Positions 8,887 to 16,742 of a stretch of DNA of 32,000 nucleotides are shown here, piece after piece. The notes beneath the pieces were generated by a model. The model was not told where the DNA came from. It made no database searches and saw nothing but the letters and a program-made list of their open reading frames with translations. The position numbers and the translations under genes were made by a program. Position 1 is the first letter of the stretch. Every line of letters begins with the position of its first letter. This stretch comes from Planctomycetaceae bacterium (GTDB taxonomy: Bacteria; Planctomycetota; Planctomycetia; Pirellulales; Pirellulaceae), in contig SXOA01000175.1 of assembly GCA_005778405.1 (NCBI GenBank), positions 37,042 to 69,041 on the forward strand, written 5' to 3'.

Positions 8887-10089
8887 CTACCCGAACCACT
8901 CAGCTTCCATCATCAAGCGCATCCAGGCGCGGTGCTCACCTTCCATAGCGTGCTCGCCGCGGCGCAGGATAGCGAGCTTCGCTTCTGGAGACTTTGCCTT
9001 GTCCAACTCGTCGAGAAGAAGCTCCAGATGATGGGCCATCGATTCAAATCGCAAGGAATTGCGCCCAAACTCAAAGGCACCCCGAATCGTGCGGATCCCG
9101 GCCGCGAACACGGGAATAATGGCCGCCCCCAGGGCCAAAACAATTGCCCAATCAGGATCCTTTTTGTCGTCCGGTTGTTTGGCTTTAGTCGAAGCATCAC
9201 TAGAAATTTCGCCACCAATTTTTGCGGCCTCTTTCCCCAGCTCATGGGAAGTTTTCTCGGCAACAGCGGTCGCGTGGGATTTCCCCATGATGTGAATCGC
9301 GGCATGGGTTAGGGCGCAAATGACGCTGGCGAAAAACAATCCCGGCCCCACGTAACGGACAATCGATTCCGTGCGGTGCAATTGGTGTCCGCGATCGTGA
9401 AAATAGCGCCGCTGGGGGACCAGCCGCTTCTGGCGGAAATAATCGACAAGCTCCCCCGCCAGATTCGCATCCAGCTTGGCTTCCGGCGTTTCCAACACCG
9501 GCAGGATTTCCTTTTTCCAATGGATCCATTCCTTGATGACGTCCCGGTTGGCTCCGTGGATCCCCGAAATGTACTTGGAGAGATGCTCTGCTCGCTCTTC
9601 CTCGCTGGCCGCAAGCCAACGAGCCGCGTCATGCAGGAAGCGGAATTTGAGCTTTCGGTATTGCTCGGCCTTGAATCGATGCTCCCGCCAGCGGTGGTCC
9701 AGGCTGTGGATAGCGCCGAGTAGGACCGTAATGGCAGCCGCGATAAGGCAGATGACTTCCAGATTCAACAGGGAATTGGTCTCCACTTTGCCAAAGGGAA
9801 GTTGCAGAATGGCCAAAACGACGGCTGTTGTGCCGGCGGCCGCCGCTACAAACACCGCTACCTTGTGCCGCTCTTGCAGCCGGATCGCTTCCTGGTCGTA
9901 ATACCAGCAGCCGCTGGATTCCTTATGGTCCTTCTCCCAAACTTCGGTGTGCCAGGACTTGAGAAGGGGCGCGAGCTCTGGCCACTTCGCCAATTCCGCT
10001 GGCGAGTCGTACAACTCACTTTCGGCATAGACTGGCTGGCTGGGCTGTTGATCTGCCGGTGAGTTTGAGGATGCCGGGGAAGTAGTCAT
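8887..10089 (-). CDS. 4-TM membrane protein, probably tandem SLATT/DUF4231-like 2TM modules
   Basis: 400 aa. Module 1: CWYYDQEAIRLQERHK, then TM (VAVFVAAAAGTTAVVLAILQL), TM (LLNLEVICLIAAAITVLLGAI), then DHRWREHRFKAEQYRKLKF. Module 2: QRRYFHDRGHQLHRTESIVRY, then TM (VGPGLFFASVICALTHAAIHI), a charged loop, TM (WAIVLALGAAIIPVFAAGI), then RGAFEFGRNSLRFESMAHHL. The family call rests on my recollection of the pattern only. Confidence 0.5.
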   Translation of the reverse strand: MTTSPASSNSPADQQPSQPVYAESELYDSPAELAKWPELAPLLKSWHTEVWEKDHKESSGCWYYDQEAIRLQERHKVAVFVAAAAGTTAVVLAILQLPFGKVETNSLLNLEVICLIAAAITVLLGAIHSLDHRWREHRFKAEQYRKLKFRFLHDAARWLAASEEERAEHLSKYISGIHGANRDVIKEWIHWKKEILPVLETPEAKLDANLAGELVDYFRQKRLVPQRRYFHDRGHQLHRTESIVRYVGPGLFFASVICALTHAAIHIMGKSHATAVAEKTSHELGKEAAKIGGEISSDASTKAKQPDDKKDPDWAIVLALGAAIIPVFAAGIRTIRGAFEFGRNSLRFESMAHHLELLLDELDKAKSPEAKLAILRRGEHAMEGEHRAWMRLMMEAEWFG

Positions 10090-10123
10090 AGTAGTAACAT
10101 CATTCCAGCGAGATCAGCGTGGA

Positions 10124-10405
10124 TTACTTCTCGATACGATAACCCATGGCCAGCATGGCACGAAGTGTGTCACGCACCACGCGTCGGTCATATTCCCGCT
10201 CCGATTCCGGCAATTCCTCGTAAGGCCGCAGGCAGGGATGCTCCTTCGTCGCATCATTCCGCGCGGGCCCCAACCTCCAGCCATCTTTGAGTCGCTGGTC
10301 CCACCAGACATCGTGAACATTGGCCGCCAGTTTCTCAATCAGGACAGCCAGGTCAGGCGATAATGGAATGTGCGTGGTGTCCAAAGGCTGAGGGCGGTGA
10401 GTCAT
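10124..10405 (-). CDS. stand-alone RyR (ryanodine-receptor repeat) domain protein
   Basis: 93 aa. LIEKLAANVHDVWWDQRLKDGWRLGPARNDATKEHPCLRPYEELPESEREYDRRVVRDTLRAMLAMGYRIEK matches the bacterial RyR-domain consensus (HxxW...GWxxG...K.HPcLvpYeeLpe.ek.yDR...l...GY.I). Confidence 0.85.
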   Translation of the reverse strand: MTHRPQPLDTTHIPLSPDLAVLIEKLAANVHDVWWDQRLKDGWRLGPARNDATKEHPCLRPYEELPESEREYDRRVVRDTLRAMLAMGYRIEK

Positions 10406-10459
10406 GGTTGCTTGGGAACGGGATTTCGATGAGGAGGAAACGGGGCGAAGGAGAACGGT

Positions 10460-11614
10460 TTACTCGACAACAGCCAGGTTGTCTCGATGAATGACCTCTT
10501 GATACGGACACATTCCCAGCACCTGGGCGATCTTGGACGACTTCAATCCTATGATGCGGGTCACGTCCTCCGACGAATAATTCGACAGGCCGCGAGCCAC
10601 GACGGAACCCTTTTCGTCACAGAGCGAAACAAGGTCTCCTTTGCGGAATTCTCCTTTGCACTTCGCAATGCCAGCCGCGAGCAGACTCTTTCCTTGCTCG
10701 ACAATCGCCCTCCGAGCGCCGCTGTCGAGATGAATTTCCCCTTTGGCCGGGGCACTGTAACTAAGCCAGCGTTTGTAGTGGCTCACTCCTTTGCCGCGGG
10801 CCTGGAAGAGAGTACCGATTTCTTCTCCGGCCATGATGCGGGTCAGCACGTCGTCCCGCCGGCCGCTGGCGACAATCATATTTTCGCCGGCGGAGGTCAC
10901 GATGCGTGCTGCGGCCAGTTTGCTGGCCATGCCTCCCTTGGAAAGCCCCGTCTTCTTGTCTCGCACGTAACTCAGGATTGTGTCGTCGATTTTGTTGACG
11001 GTGGTGACAAGTTTTGACGAAGCAAGTGACGGATCGCCGTCGTACAGCCCTTCGATGTCCGACAGAATGACGAGCAGCGGGGCGCGAATGAGATTGGTGA
11101 CGAGCGCCGCCAGGCGGTCGTTGTCACCGAAAGTGGTTTGCAGTTCCTCGACACTGACAGTATCGTTTTCGTTGATGACCGGGACGGCGCCGAATTCCAG
11201 GATGCTGGCGAGCGTATTTCGCACGTTGAGATAGCGGGTCCGATCGCTGACATCGTCTGCGGTGAGCAGCACCTGGGCGGCGCGGCGGCCATGTTTCACA
11301 AAGGTCCGATCGTAAGTTTGAATCAGATGAGCCTGACCGACTGCCGCCACCGCTTGCAGTTTTGCCAAATCGGTCGGGCGGCTGGTGAGCTTGAGTAGGC
11401 TCATCCCCGCTCCGACGGCACCCGAGCTGACGAGCACGACCTTCCTTCCCGCCGCGGCAATGGCGTGAATCTCTTCCGCCAGTCGTTCGATGCGGGGGTA
11501 GTTGAGCGTGCCGTCCGCGAGTGTCAGGACGCGCGTGCCAACCTTCACGACGACGGTGTGAGCCGCGGCGGTGATAACAAGTCGCTGTTCGTTGATAGTC
11601 ACTGCGTCAGCCAT
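10460..11614 (-). CDS. proB: glutamate 5-kinase with a C-terminal PUA domain
   Basis: I use the internal ATG (complement of 11612-11614) of the 552-aa track ORF: MADAVTINEQRLVITAAAHTVVVKVGTRVLT...VSSGAVGAG...INENDTVS...FGDNDRLAA... The C-terminal PUA-like segment is GEIHLDSGARRAI...GDLVSLCDEKGSVVARGLSNYSS. The upstream extension is Arg/Cys/His-rich and overlaps the next gene. Confidence 0.92.
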   Translation of the reverse strand: MADAVTINEQRLVITAAAHTVVVKVGTRVLTLADGTLNYPRIERLAEEIHAIAAAGRKVVLVSSGAVGAGMSLLKLTSRPTDLAKLQAVAAVGQAHLIQTYDRTFVKHGRRAAQVLLTADDVSDRTRYLNVRNTLASILEFGAVPVINENDTVSVEELQTTFGDNDRLAALVTNLIRAPLLVILSDIEGLYDGDPSLASSKLVTTVNKIDDTILSYVRDKKTGLSKGGMASKLAAARIVTSAGENMIVASGRRDDVLTRIMAGEEIGTLFQARGKGVSHYKRWLSYSAPAKGEIHLDSGARRAIVEQGKSLLAAGIAKCKGEFRKGDLVSLCDEKGSVVARGLSNYSSEDVTRIIGLKSSKIAQVLGMCPYQEVIHRDNLAVVE

Positions 11615-11640
11615 GAACTGATTGTATCGCCCTAAAGGGA

Positions 11641-12966
11641 TTAGGAATTGGAGTAGGGATTGACTTGCAGTTTCTTGAGCAGTTCGCCGCGGAGGCGATC
11701 GATGACGGACTGTTTGTCGGTCTGCGACAAGATTCGCTGCACAACCGCTTTGGGACTTTCCGTTCCCCACGAAGCGCCGTGCTCGAAGTAATAGCGTGCC
11801 GCTTCCCCCACGATGTACGAGCCGTAGCCGGCGGCGGCACCCTGCGGCAGGGCGGTGACGAGCGTCGATTTGCCGAAGGTAAAAGCCTTGAGGGCGCTGA
11901 CGACAACGGTGCTCGCCACAACCCCCACGGTCATCCAGCCGGCGGCAGTGGCGATGGCGATGGCCAGCTTGCGAGCCTGAGCCCATTTCATTTCCAGCCC
12001 ATAAACGGCCGCCAGTGTCAAAATCATCGCCGCGTCGATGGCAATGCCGCCGAAGATGTCGGCGAAAGCAAAGGGATTCAGGCCGACGGCGACCGCCTTC
12101 GTCGAAGCATAGCCCCACACGACCTGCATCGCCCGGCGTTCCCGAAGCTGAATCCGGAGCGAAGCAATCCGATCGCTCTTGTCGGCCGCATAGAGCGCCG
12201 CGTTGAGGGCGATAAGAGCCAGCCCTTCCTTGTCGAGCATTTCCAGGATAGCGGCCTTAAGTTCGGACACATCGGGCGGCGGCTTCTTCCACTCACTCCG
12301 CTCTTTGCCGTCGGCGGACTGAATGACGTACTCTCTTTCGCGGGGATCGGCGGCAGCGGTGACGACTTGCTCCGCCGGCACAATGTCTTGAAGTCGTTCT
12401 TTGCCAAGAACTTCTAGGAGTCGCGCTCGCTGCTCGCGGCTATAGAGGTCGATCTTATTGAGGACGACGATGATCGGCTTGTGGAATGCGGCGAGCTCGA
12501 CGAGGTTAGCATGTTCGGTGTCGTTCAGGTCGGAGTCAGTGCAGAACAAAATCAGGTCCGACCGCTCCGCTGCTTCTCTCGCCATCTGGCCGCGAGCCGC
12601 GCCCCCGACTTCGTTGATTCCCGGCGTATCGACCAGTACCACCTGGCTCTCCCCCAGCCCCGGCAGCCGATAGCCGGTCCCCTGCCAGTTGACGTGCCAA
12701 ACCTCTTTGGTCCAGCCTCCTTGCACATCGACCGCAGCGACCGCCTCGCCGACGAGTGCATTGATGAGGGCACTCTTGCCCGTGCTGATCTCGCCGAAGA
12801 CCACAATCTCCACCCGGCCGCTTTGCAGCTTGTCGTGCATGTCCCGCAGGCCGGCCAGCTCGCTCCGGAGTCTCTCCTTCTCCGCCGGCGTGCAGCGGCG
12901 GTACTTGTCGAGCGTCTGCTCGACGGCGGCCAAGGCCTGCTGGTAGTGGTCGTCGGTCTTTTCCAT
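11641..12966 (-). CDS. GTPase (MMR_HSR1/Era-like G domain) fused to a C-terminal DUF697-type membrane domain
   Basis: G1 GEISTGKS, G3 DTPG, G4 NKID. The C-terminal hydrophobic region NPFAFADIFGGIAIDAAMILTLAAVYGL is DUF697-like. The track ORF begins at a TTG (12990). I prefer the first ATG at 12966 (MEKTDDHYQQ), but the start is uncertain. Confidence 0.75.
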   Translation of the reverse strand: MEKTDDHYQQALAAVEQTLDKYRRCTPAEKERLRSELAGLRDMHDKLQSGRVEIVVFGEISTGKSALINALVGEAVAAVDVQGGWTKEVWHVNWQGTGYRLPGLGESQVVLVDTPGINEVGGAARGQMAREAAERSDLILFCTDSDLNDTEHANLVELAAFHKPIIVVLNKIDLYSREQRARLLEVLGKERLQDIVPAEQVVTAAADPREREYVIQSADGKERSEWKKPPPDVSELKAAILEMLDKEGLALIALNAALYAADKSDRIASLRIQLRERRAMQVVWGYASTKAVAVGLNPFAFADIFGGIAIDAAMILTLAAVYGLEMKWAQARKLAIAIATAAGWMTVGVVASTVVVSALKAFTFGKSTLVTALPQGAAAGYGSYIVGEAARYYFEHGASWGTESPKAVVQRILSQTDKQSVIDRLRGELLKKLQVNPYSNS

Positions 12967-13019
12967 TTGTCCCGTATTTCGTACCTGCAATTCGTCGCCG
13001 GCGCAATAGTCTTGTGCCG

Positions 13020-13922
13020 TTATTGCATTCGCACTCCGCTGTTATCAATGGCGTATGGCACAATCCGCTCATCGCAGGCACTGCCGCGGTGCTTGGCGAC
13101 ATACAGCGCACGGGTCAGACGGTCGCCGCTGCGGACTTTGCCCATGTAGATGATCGTGTTGGCGTTGGAGAGGACGTCTCCCTCGTCCAGCCGCCGGCTG
13201 ATGAGGTCGTCGAGCATGGTCTCGTGTGAAGTGTAAAGGAGCAGGCAGCCAATGCGGGCAGGGTCATAAAGATGCCTGGAGATTTCGGCGGCGTTCCGCA
13301 GATAGGCTTCGCGGAACAAATCCCGAGCGACCCACTCGGGGTCTTTTCGCAAAATCTGGTGATAGAGGTACTCGAACAAATTGAACTGGATCGATTCTCC
13401 CGGCCGGTCGGTCGGCTCGATGCCGTCGATGACCACCCGCTCGCAGCCCCGGACGAAGTTGCCATACAAAAAGGCAATCGCCGCCCGCAGCCGGGCGTTG
13501 AGTTGGGCCTGCCAGGTGTGCCAGTCGTCCCAGTCCAGATCTCGCTTCGTCACCCGGCGGCCGGCGTAATCGAAGATGTGCAGGTACTCCCCCGGCTCAC
13601 TGCTAAAGAAGCTGTCGAGCTGCACCTGCTTGTCGGCATCGGCGACCTTGAGCTTCCAGTCAAAAATTCGCCTCGCATATTCCGCGTGGCTTTGCGAATC
13701 CCCGCGGCTGCTCATGTCGAAGATGATGCCGGGGCGGGAAGTGGGGGCTGGGGACTGGGGGCTAGGGACTGGGGAAGAAAGAATTCCCGCTCGCGCAAAC
13801 TGCACCCCGAACTGCGTCTTGCCAATCCCCGTCGCCCCAACGACCGCCGTCAACGTACCGGGAATCAGCCCGCCGCCAAGCAGCTCATCCAGCCCGGAAA
13901 CACCTGTCAACAGCCGTTGCAT
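13020..13922 (-). CDS. KaiC/RAD55/RecA-superfamily ATPase-like protein (single domain)
   Basis: 300 aa. LTGVSGLDELLGGGLIPGTLTAVVGATGIGKTQFGVQFA contains Walker A, and CERVVIDGIE is Walker B-like. The C-terminus ALYVAKHRGSACDERIVPYAI is typical of KaiC-like domains. A Pro/Ser-rich insert, SSPVPSPQSPAPTS, follows helix 1. Confidence 0.75.
   Translation of the reverse strand: MQRLLTGVSGLDELLGGGLIPGTLTAVVGATGIGKTQFGVQFARAGILSSPVPSPQSPAPTSRPGIIFDMSSRGDSQSHAEYARRIFDWKLKVADADKQVQLDSFFSSEPGEYLHIFDYAGRRVTKRDLDWDDWHTWQAQLNARLRAAIAFLYGNFVRGCERVVIDGIEPTDRPGESIQFNLFEYLYHQILRKDPEWVARDLFREAYLRNAAEISRHLYDPARIGCLLLYTSHETMLDDLISRRLDEGDVLSNANTIIYMGKVRSGDRLTRALYVAKHRGSACDERIVPYAIDNSGVRMQ
13731..13774 (+). other. 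G-quadruplex-prone tract: seven G3-5 runs separated by 1-4 nt
   Basis: GGGGCGGGAAGTGGGGGCTGGGGACTGGGGGCTAGGGACTGGGG, read directly on the + strand. This is the template strand of the KaiC-like gene, and it encodes the PS-rich insert. Confidence 0.6.
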
Positions 13923-13924
13923 CG

Positions 13925-14554
13925 CTACTTTCCTGGCTTCGATTCCAGCCGCGTGAAATAGACCGGCTCAAAGTAAGTGCCTTTCTTCTTTGGCTTACCT
14001 TCCAAGGTGAACTCTTTCAGCAGGCCGCCACAGCGAACGGCGTCCTGATTCAACTGCTTCGCTCGAATCGTAAGAACCATGTGGAGAGGTTGGTCTCTCG
14101 CCATCCGGTCGTCCTTCAGGTCGTACGTTTGGTAGTGGTCGTCAATCGGGATGGGAATCATGATCCCATCGACGAAGAAGAATGTCATCCGCTTATGAAT
14201 GGCTTCCTCGACATAGGTCGGAACGCCTTCGACAATCACCAGCGTCCCCGGCTTGGCTTTGGCGGCTTGCGACGGTTTCAAGATGTTGGGACATTTTTTG
14301 CGATAACGCTGCGCTACTCCCGGCGTGAGCAGATTCGTGACCTGCTGCCGCTGCTCCTCGGGAAGGTCGGCGAGCGCCATATCCAGGAACAGGAAGGCAA
14401 TCGACTCACTGCCGAACACTCCCGCAGCCTTGGTCAACTCATCGCTCGTGATCCGGTCATCGCCGGCACGGGCCCAAAGATTGAAGAAGCGGCCCCCGTT
14501 GTCCAAGGCAGCTTTCGCACCTTGCAGAGTTTTGTACGGCTTGATCTCTTTCAT
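13925..14554 (-). CDS. hypothetical protein with no family recognised
   Basis: 209-aa ORF starting at ATG, with GAGGAG 6-11 nt upstream. Its TAG stop lies 2 nt before the ATG of the KaiC-like gene. Composition is normal (not Arg/Pro/Ala-skewed), so it is probably real. Confidence 0.65.
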   Translation of the reverse strand: MKEIKPYKTLQGAKAALDNGGRFFNLWARAGDDRITSDELTKAAGVFGSESIAFLFLDMALADLPEEQRQQVTNLLTPGVAQRYRKKCPNILKPSQAAKAKPGTLVIVEGVPTYVEEAIHKRMTFFFVDGIMIPIPIDDHYQTYDLKDDRMARDQPLHMVLTIRAKQLNQDAVRCGGLLKEFTLEGKPKKKGTYFEPVYFTRLESKPGK

Positions 14555-14580
14555 GGTCGGCTCCTCGTCTTATCATGGGC

Positions 14581-16143
14581 TCACTTTGCCAGTGCCTTAT
14601 CAATCCTCTTCAGACACACCACTTTCCCCAGTAGGGCCAAACAGTCATACACCCCTGGCCCGACGCTCTTGCCGGTGACGGCAACTCGAAGGGTATGCAC
14701 AATGTCCCCAATCTTGATGTGTTCGGCCTCGATGAATTTCTTCAACGCTTCCTCCAGCGGGCCAACTTCGAAATCCTGCATGCCTGCCAGCACGGCGCGG
14801 AACTTTTCCAACAGGTCTTTGGACTGTGGCGGGGAAACTCGCTTGGCAAAGTCCGTCTCGTCGTAAAGAAAGTCCTCCTCCTTCACGAAGAAGAAGTCTG
14901 AGTAGTTGAGAATGTCCCCCATCACCTTCAGCCGGTCGCCGGCAGCGTCAATGATGCGGGTGAGCTTGGGGCCGACCTCGCAGGGGACGGGCTGCGGCAG
15001 GAGTTTTGCGGCCTGCAAGAAAGGAATCATCGCCGCGACTTTCTTTTTCACATCCAGCTTCTGCATGTGCCGGTCTTGGAAGGACCAGAGCTTCTTCGGG
15101 TCGAAGCTGGCGGGTGCCTTGGTGACGCGGGCGAGCGTGAAGTGGCGGATCATCTCCTCCACGGTCAAGTCCTCGGTTTTGTCGTCGAGCGACCAGCCGA
15201 GCAGCATCAGGTAATTCAGGATGGCACTCGGCAGATAGCCGACCTCGCGGTAAAAATCGACGATGACCGGGTTGAAAGTGTCGGCGGAGAGATTTCCCTT
15301 CCCCATCCGCGTCATGATCTCCACGCCACTGTCGTAGAGCCGCTTGAATTCCGGGTTCTTCAGGTACTGGGCGATTTTGCGCTTGCTCAGTTTGTTGTGG
15401 CTGCCGGGCTCGGCCACGAAGGGTAGATGGGCGTACTCCGGCTGCGGATAGCCGAGCCCCTGGAGGATGAAAATCTGCCGCGGCGTGTTGGAGAGGTGCT
15501 CCTCCGCCCGGATGACGTGGCTGATTTTGAAATCGAAATCGTCCACCACGCTGGCAAGGTGATAGAGGCAGGTCCCATCCGCCCGCTGGATGACGTGGTC
15601 CTGCTCGCGGGACCATTCAAAGACGCACTCGCCGCGAACGTGGTCCGAGAATTTGCATTGCCCCTCCCGCGGAATCTTGAGCCGCACCACTCCCTGCCGC
15701 CCCTCGGCCGCGAATCTGGCCGCCTGCTCGTCGGTCTCGGCCATCCACTTGCGGCTGTAGAGGAATGCTTTTTTCTCCTTCTCCGCTTGCTCCCGCTCGG
15801 CCTTCAGCTCCTCGGGAGTGGCGAAATCGCGATACGCCAGCCCCTTCTCCAGCAACACCTTCACTGCCGACTGATACTGCGGCAGCCGCTGCGACTGATA
15901 ATACGGTCCATACGGCCCGCCGACTTCCGGCCCTTCGTCCCAATCAATTCCCAGCCAGCGAAAGCCGTCCAAAATCGGCTGCAGCGCCTCCTGCACGTTC
16001 CGACCCGCGTCCGTGTCGTCAATTCGCAGCAAAAACTGCCCCCCAAGCTGCCGGGCAAACAGCCAGTTGAACAGCGCCGTGCGAACACCGCCGATGTGCA
16101 GGAAACCGGTCGGGCTGGGAGCGAAACGAGTGCGGACGGACAT
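14581..16143 (-). CDS. gltX: glutamate--tRNA ligase
   Basis: 520 aa. MSVRTRFAPSPTGFLHIGGVRTALFNWLFAR carries the HIGH-type motif, and KLSKRK is the KMSKS motif. Confidence 0.95.
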   Translation of the reverse strand: MSVRTRFAPSPTGFLHIGGVRTALFNWLFARQLGGQFLLRIDDTDAGRNVQEALQPILDGFRWLGIDWDEGPEVGGPYGPYYQSQRLPQYQSAVKVLLEKGLAYRDFATPEELKAEREQAEKEKKAFLYSRKWMAETDEQAARFAAEGRQGVVRLKIPREGQCKFSDHVRGECVFEWSREQDHVIQRADGTCLYHLASVVDDFDFKISHVIRAEEHLSNTPRQIFILQGLGYPQPEYAHLPFVAEPGSHNKLSKRKIAQYLKNPEFKRLYDSGVEIMTRMGKGNLSADTFNPVIVDFYREVGYLPSAILNYLMLLGWSLDDKTEDLTVEEMIRHFTLARVTKAPASFDPKKLWSFQDRHMQKLDVKKKVAAMIPFLQAAKLLPQPVPCEVGPKLTRIIDAAGDRLKVMGDILNYSDFFFVKEEDFLYDETDFAKRVSPPQSKDLLEKFRAVLAGMQDFEVGPLEEALKKFIEAEHIKIGDIVHTLRVAVTGKSVGPGVYDCLALLGKVVCLKRIDKALAK

Positions 16144-16156
16144 GGGAGGGGAGTGA

Positions 16157-16177
16157 GTGGTGAGTGGTGAGTGGTAG
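16157..16177. repeat. tandem heptamer (GTGGTGA)x3 immediately upstream of the gltX start codon; a fourth copy lies at 16198-16210
   Basis: Read directly. On the gltX sense strand the leader is CCUACCACUCACCACUCACCACUCACUCCCCUCCC-AUG, with no GGAGG-like Shine-Dalgarno. Confidence 0.7.
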
Positions 16178-16252
16178 GACTCAGTTCAAATTAGACCGGT
16201 GAGTGGTGAAGGGGGCTAGGGCGGGAATTGTTCCCTTAGGGCATTCGAGATT

Positions 16253-16304
16253 GGTGATTCGTGGCAAAAAGTTATAAGCGGCTGTTAAGAGGAGGTGATT
16301 CGTG
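16253..16304. repeat. 11-nt direct repeat GGTGATTCGTG (16253-16263 and 16294-16304)
   Basis: Read directly. Related TGATTC cores recur at 16303-16309 and, as TTGATTCAT, at 16400-16408 and 16420-16428. Confidence 0.7.
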
Positions 16305-16701
16305 ATTCAGGGCCTTCATTTTCGAGGGTCCATGCGGGCCTTCAATTCTCCTAACCACTTCTCCCGTCGCCACTTTCGTTCTTCCCGGTTCTGACTTTCT
16401 TGATTCATTTGCCGCCAAGTTGATTCATCCCATCTGCTCCCTAACTGGGGGGATGTCACATCGATTTTATAAGCTGTTTTTCATGACACGTTACACAACA
16501 CACTATCTTTTTAATGCGACTTTAACCACCATTAACACATAGTTGTCCAATACCTAACCATCTCCGTCCTTCGCGCGCAGCTCCGCCGCGGCGCCATATA
16601 GTATACACTTGAACCGGTACACTGGGAAGCCCCCAGCCGAAGATTTTTCCAGACTTTTTGGGCCACTGAATGTGGGGGGTGCGAGAAGAGGACGAGCCCT
16701 G

Positions 16702-16742
16702 CGACACGCCGGACGGCCCGCAACGCGAAAGGCGGTGTGTCG
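16702..16742 (-). terminator. imperfect hairpin downstream of the kinase gene; possible terminator
   Basis: The arms CGACACGCCG (16702-16711) and CGGTGTGTCG (16733-16742) pair at 9 of 10 positions, with a 21-nt loop. On the minus strand the hairpin is followed by a C/U-rich run rather than a clean U-tract. Confidence 0.25.

Noticed and set aside
10460-12118. 552-aa reading of the proB ORF
   Set aside because: The first 168 residues are Arg/Cys/His/Gly-rich and overlap the GTPase-DUF697 gene. The conserved glutamate-5-kinase sequence begins at the internal ATG at 11614.
12967-12990. TTG start codon for the GTPase-DUF697 gene, as implied by the ORF track
   Set aside because: The track's first codon is TTG and I see no ribosome-binding site before it. 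The first ATG, 8 codons downstream, is the more conservative call. Either start is possible.
16316-16408. 30-aa mini-ORF on the minus strand (MNQESQNREERKWRREKWLGELKARMDPRK) inside the long spacer
   Set aside because: It has no Shine-Dalgarno-like sequence and I recognise no homology. Its start codon is part of the TTGATTCAT direct repeat. I cannot support it as a gene without conservation or ribosome-profiling data.
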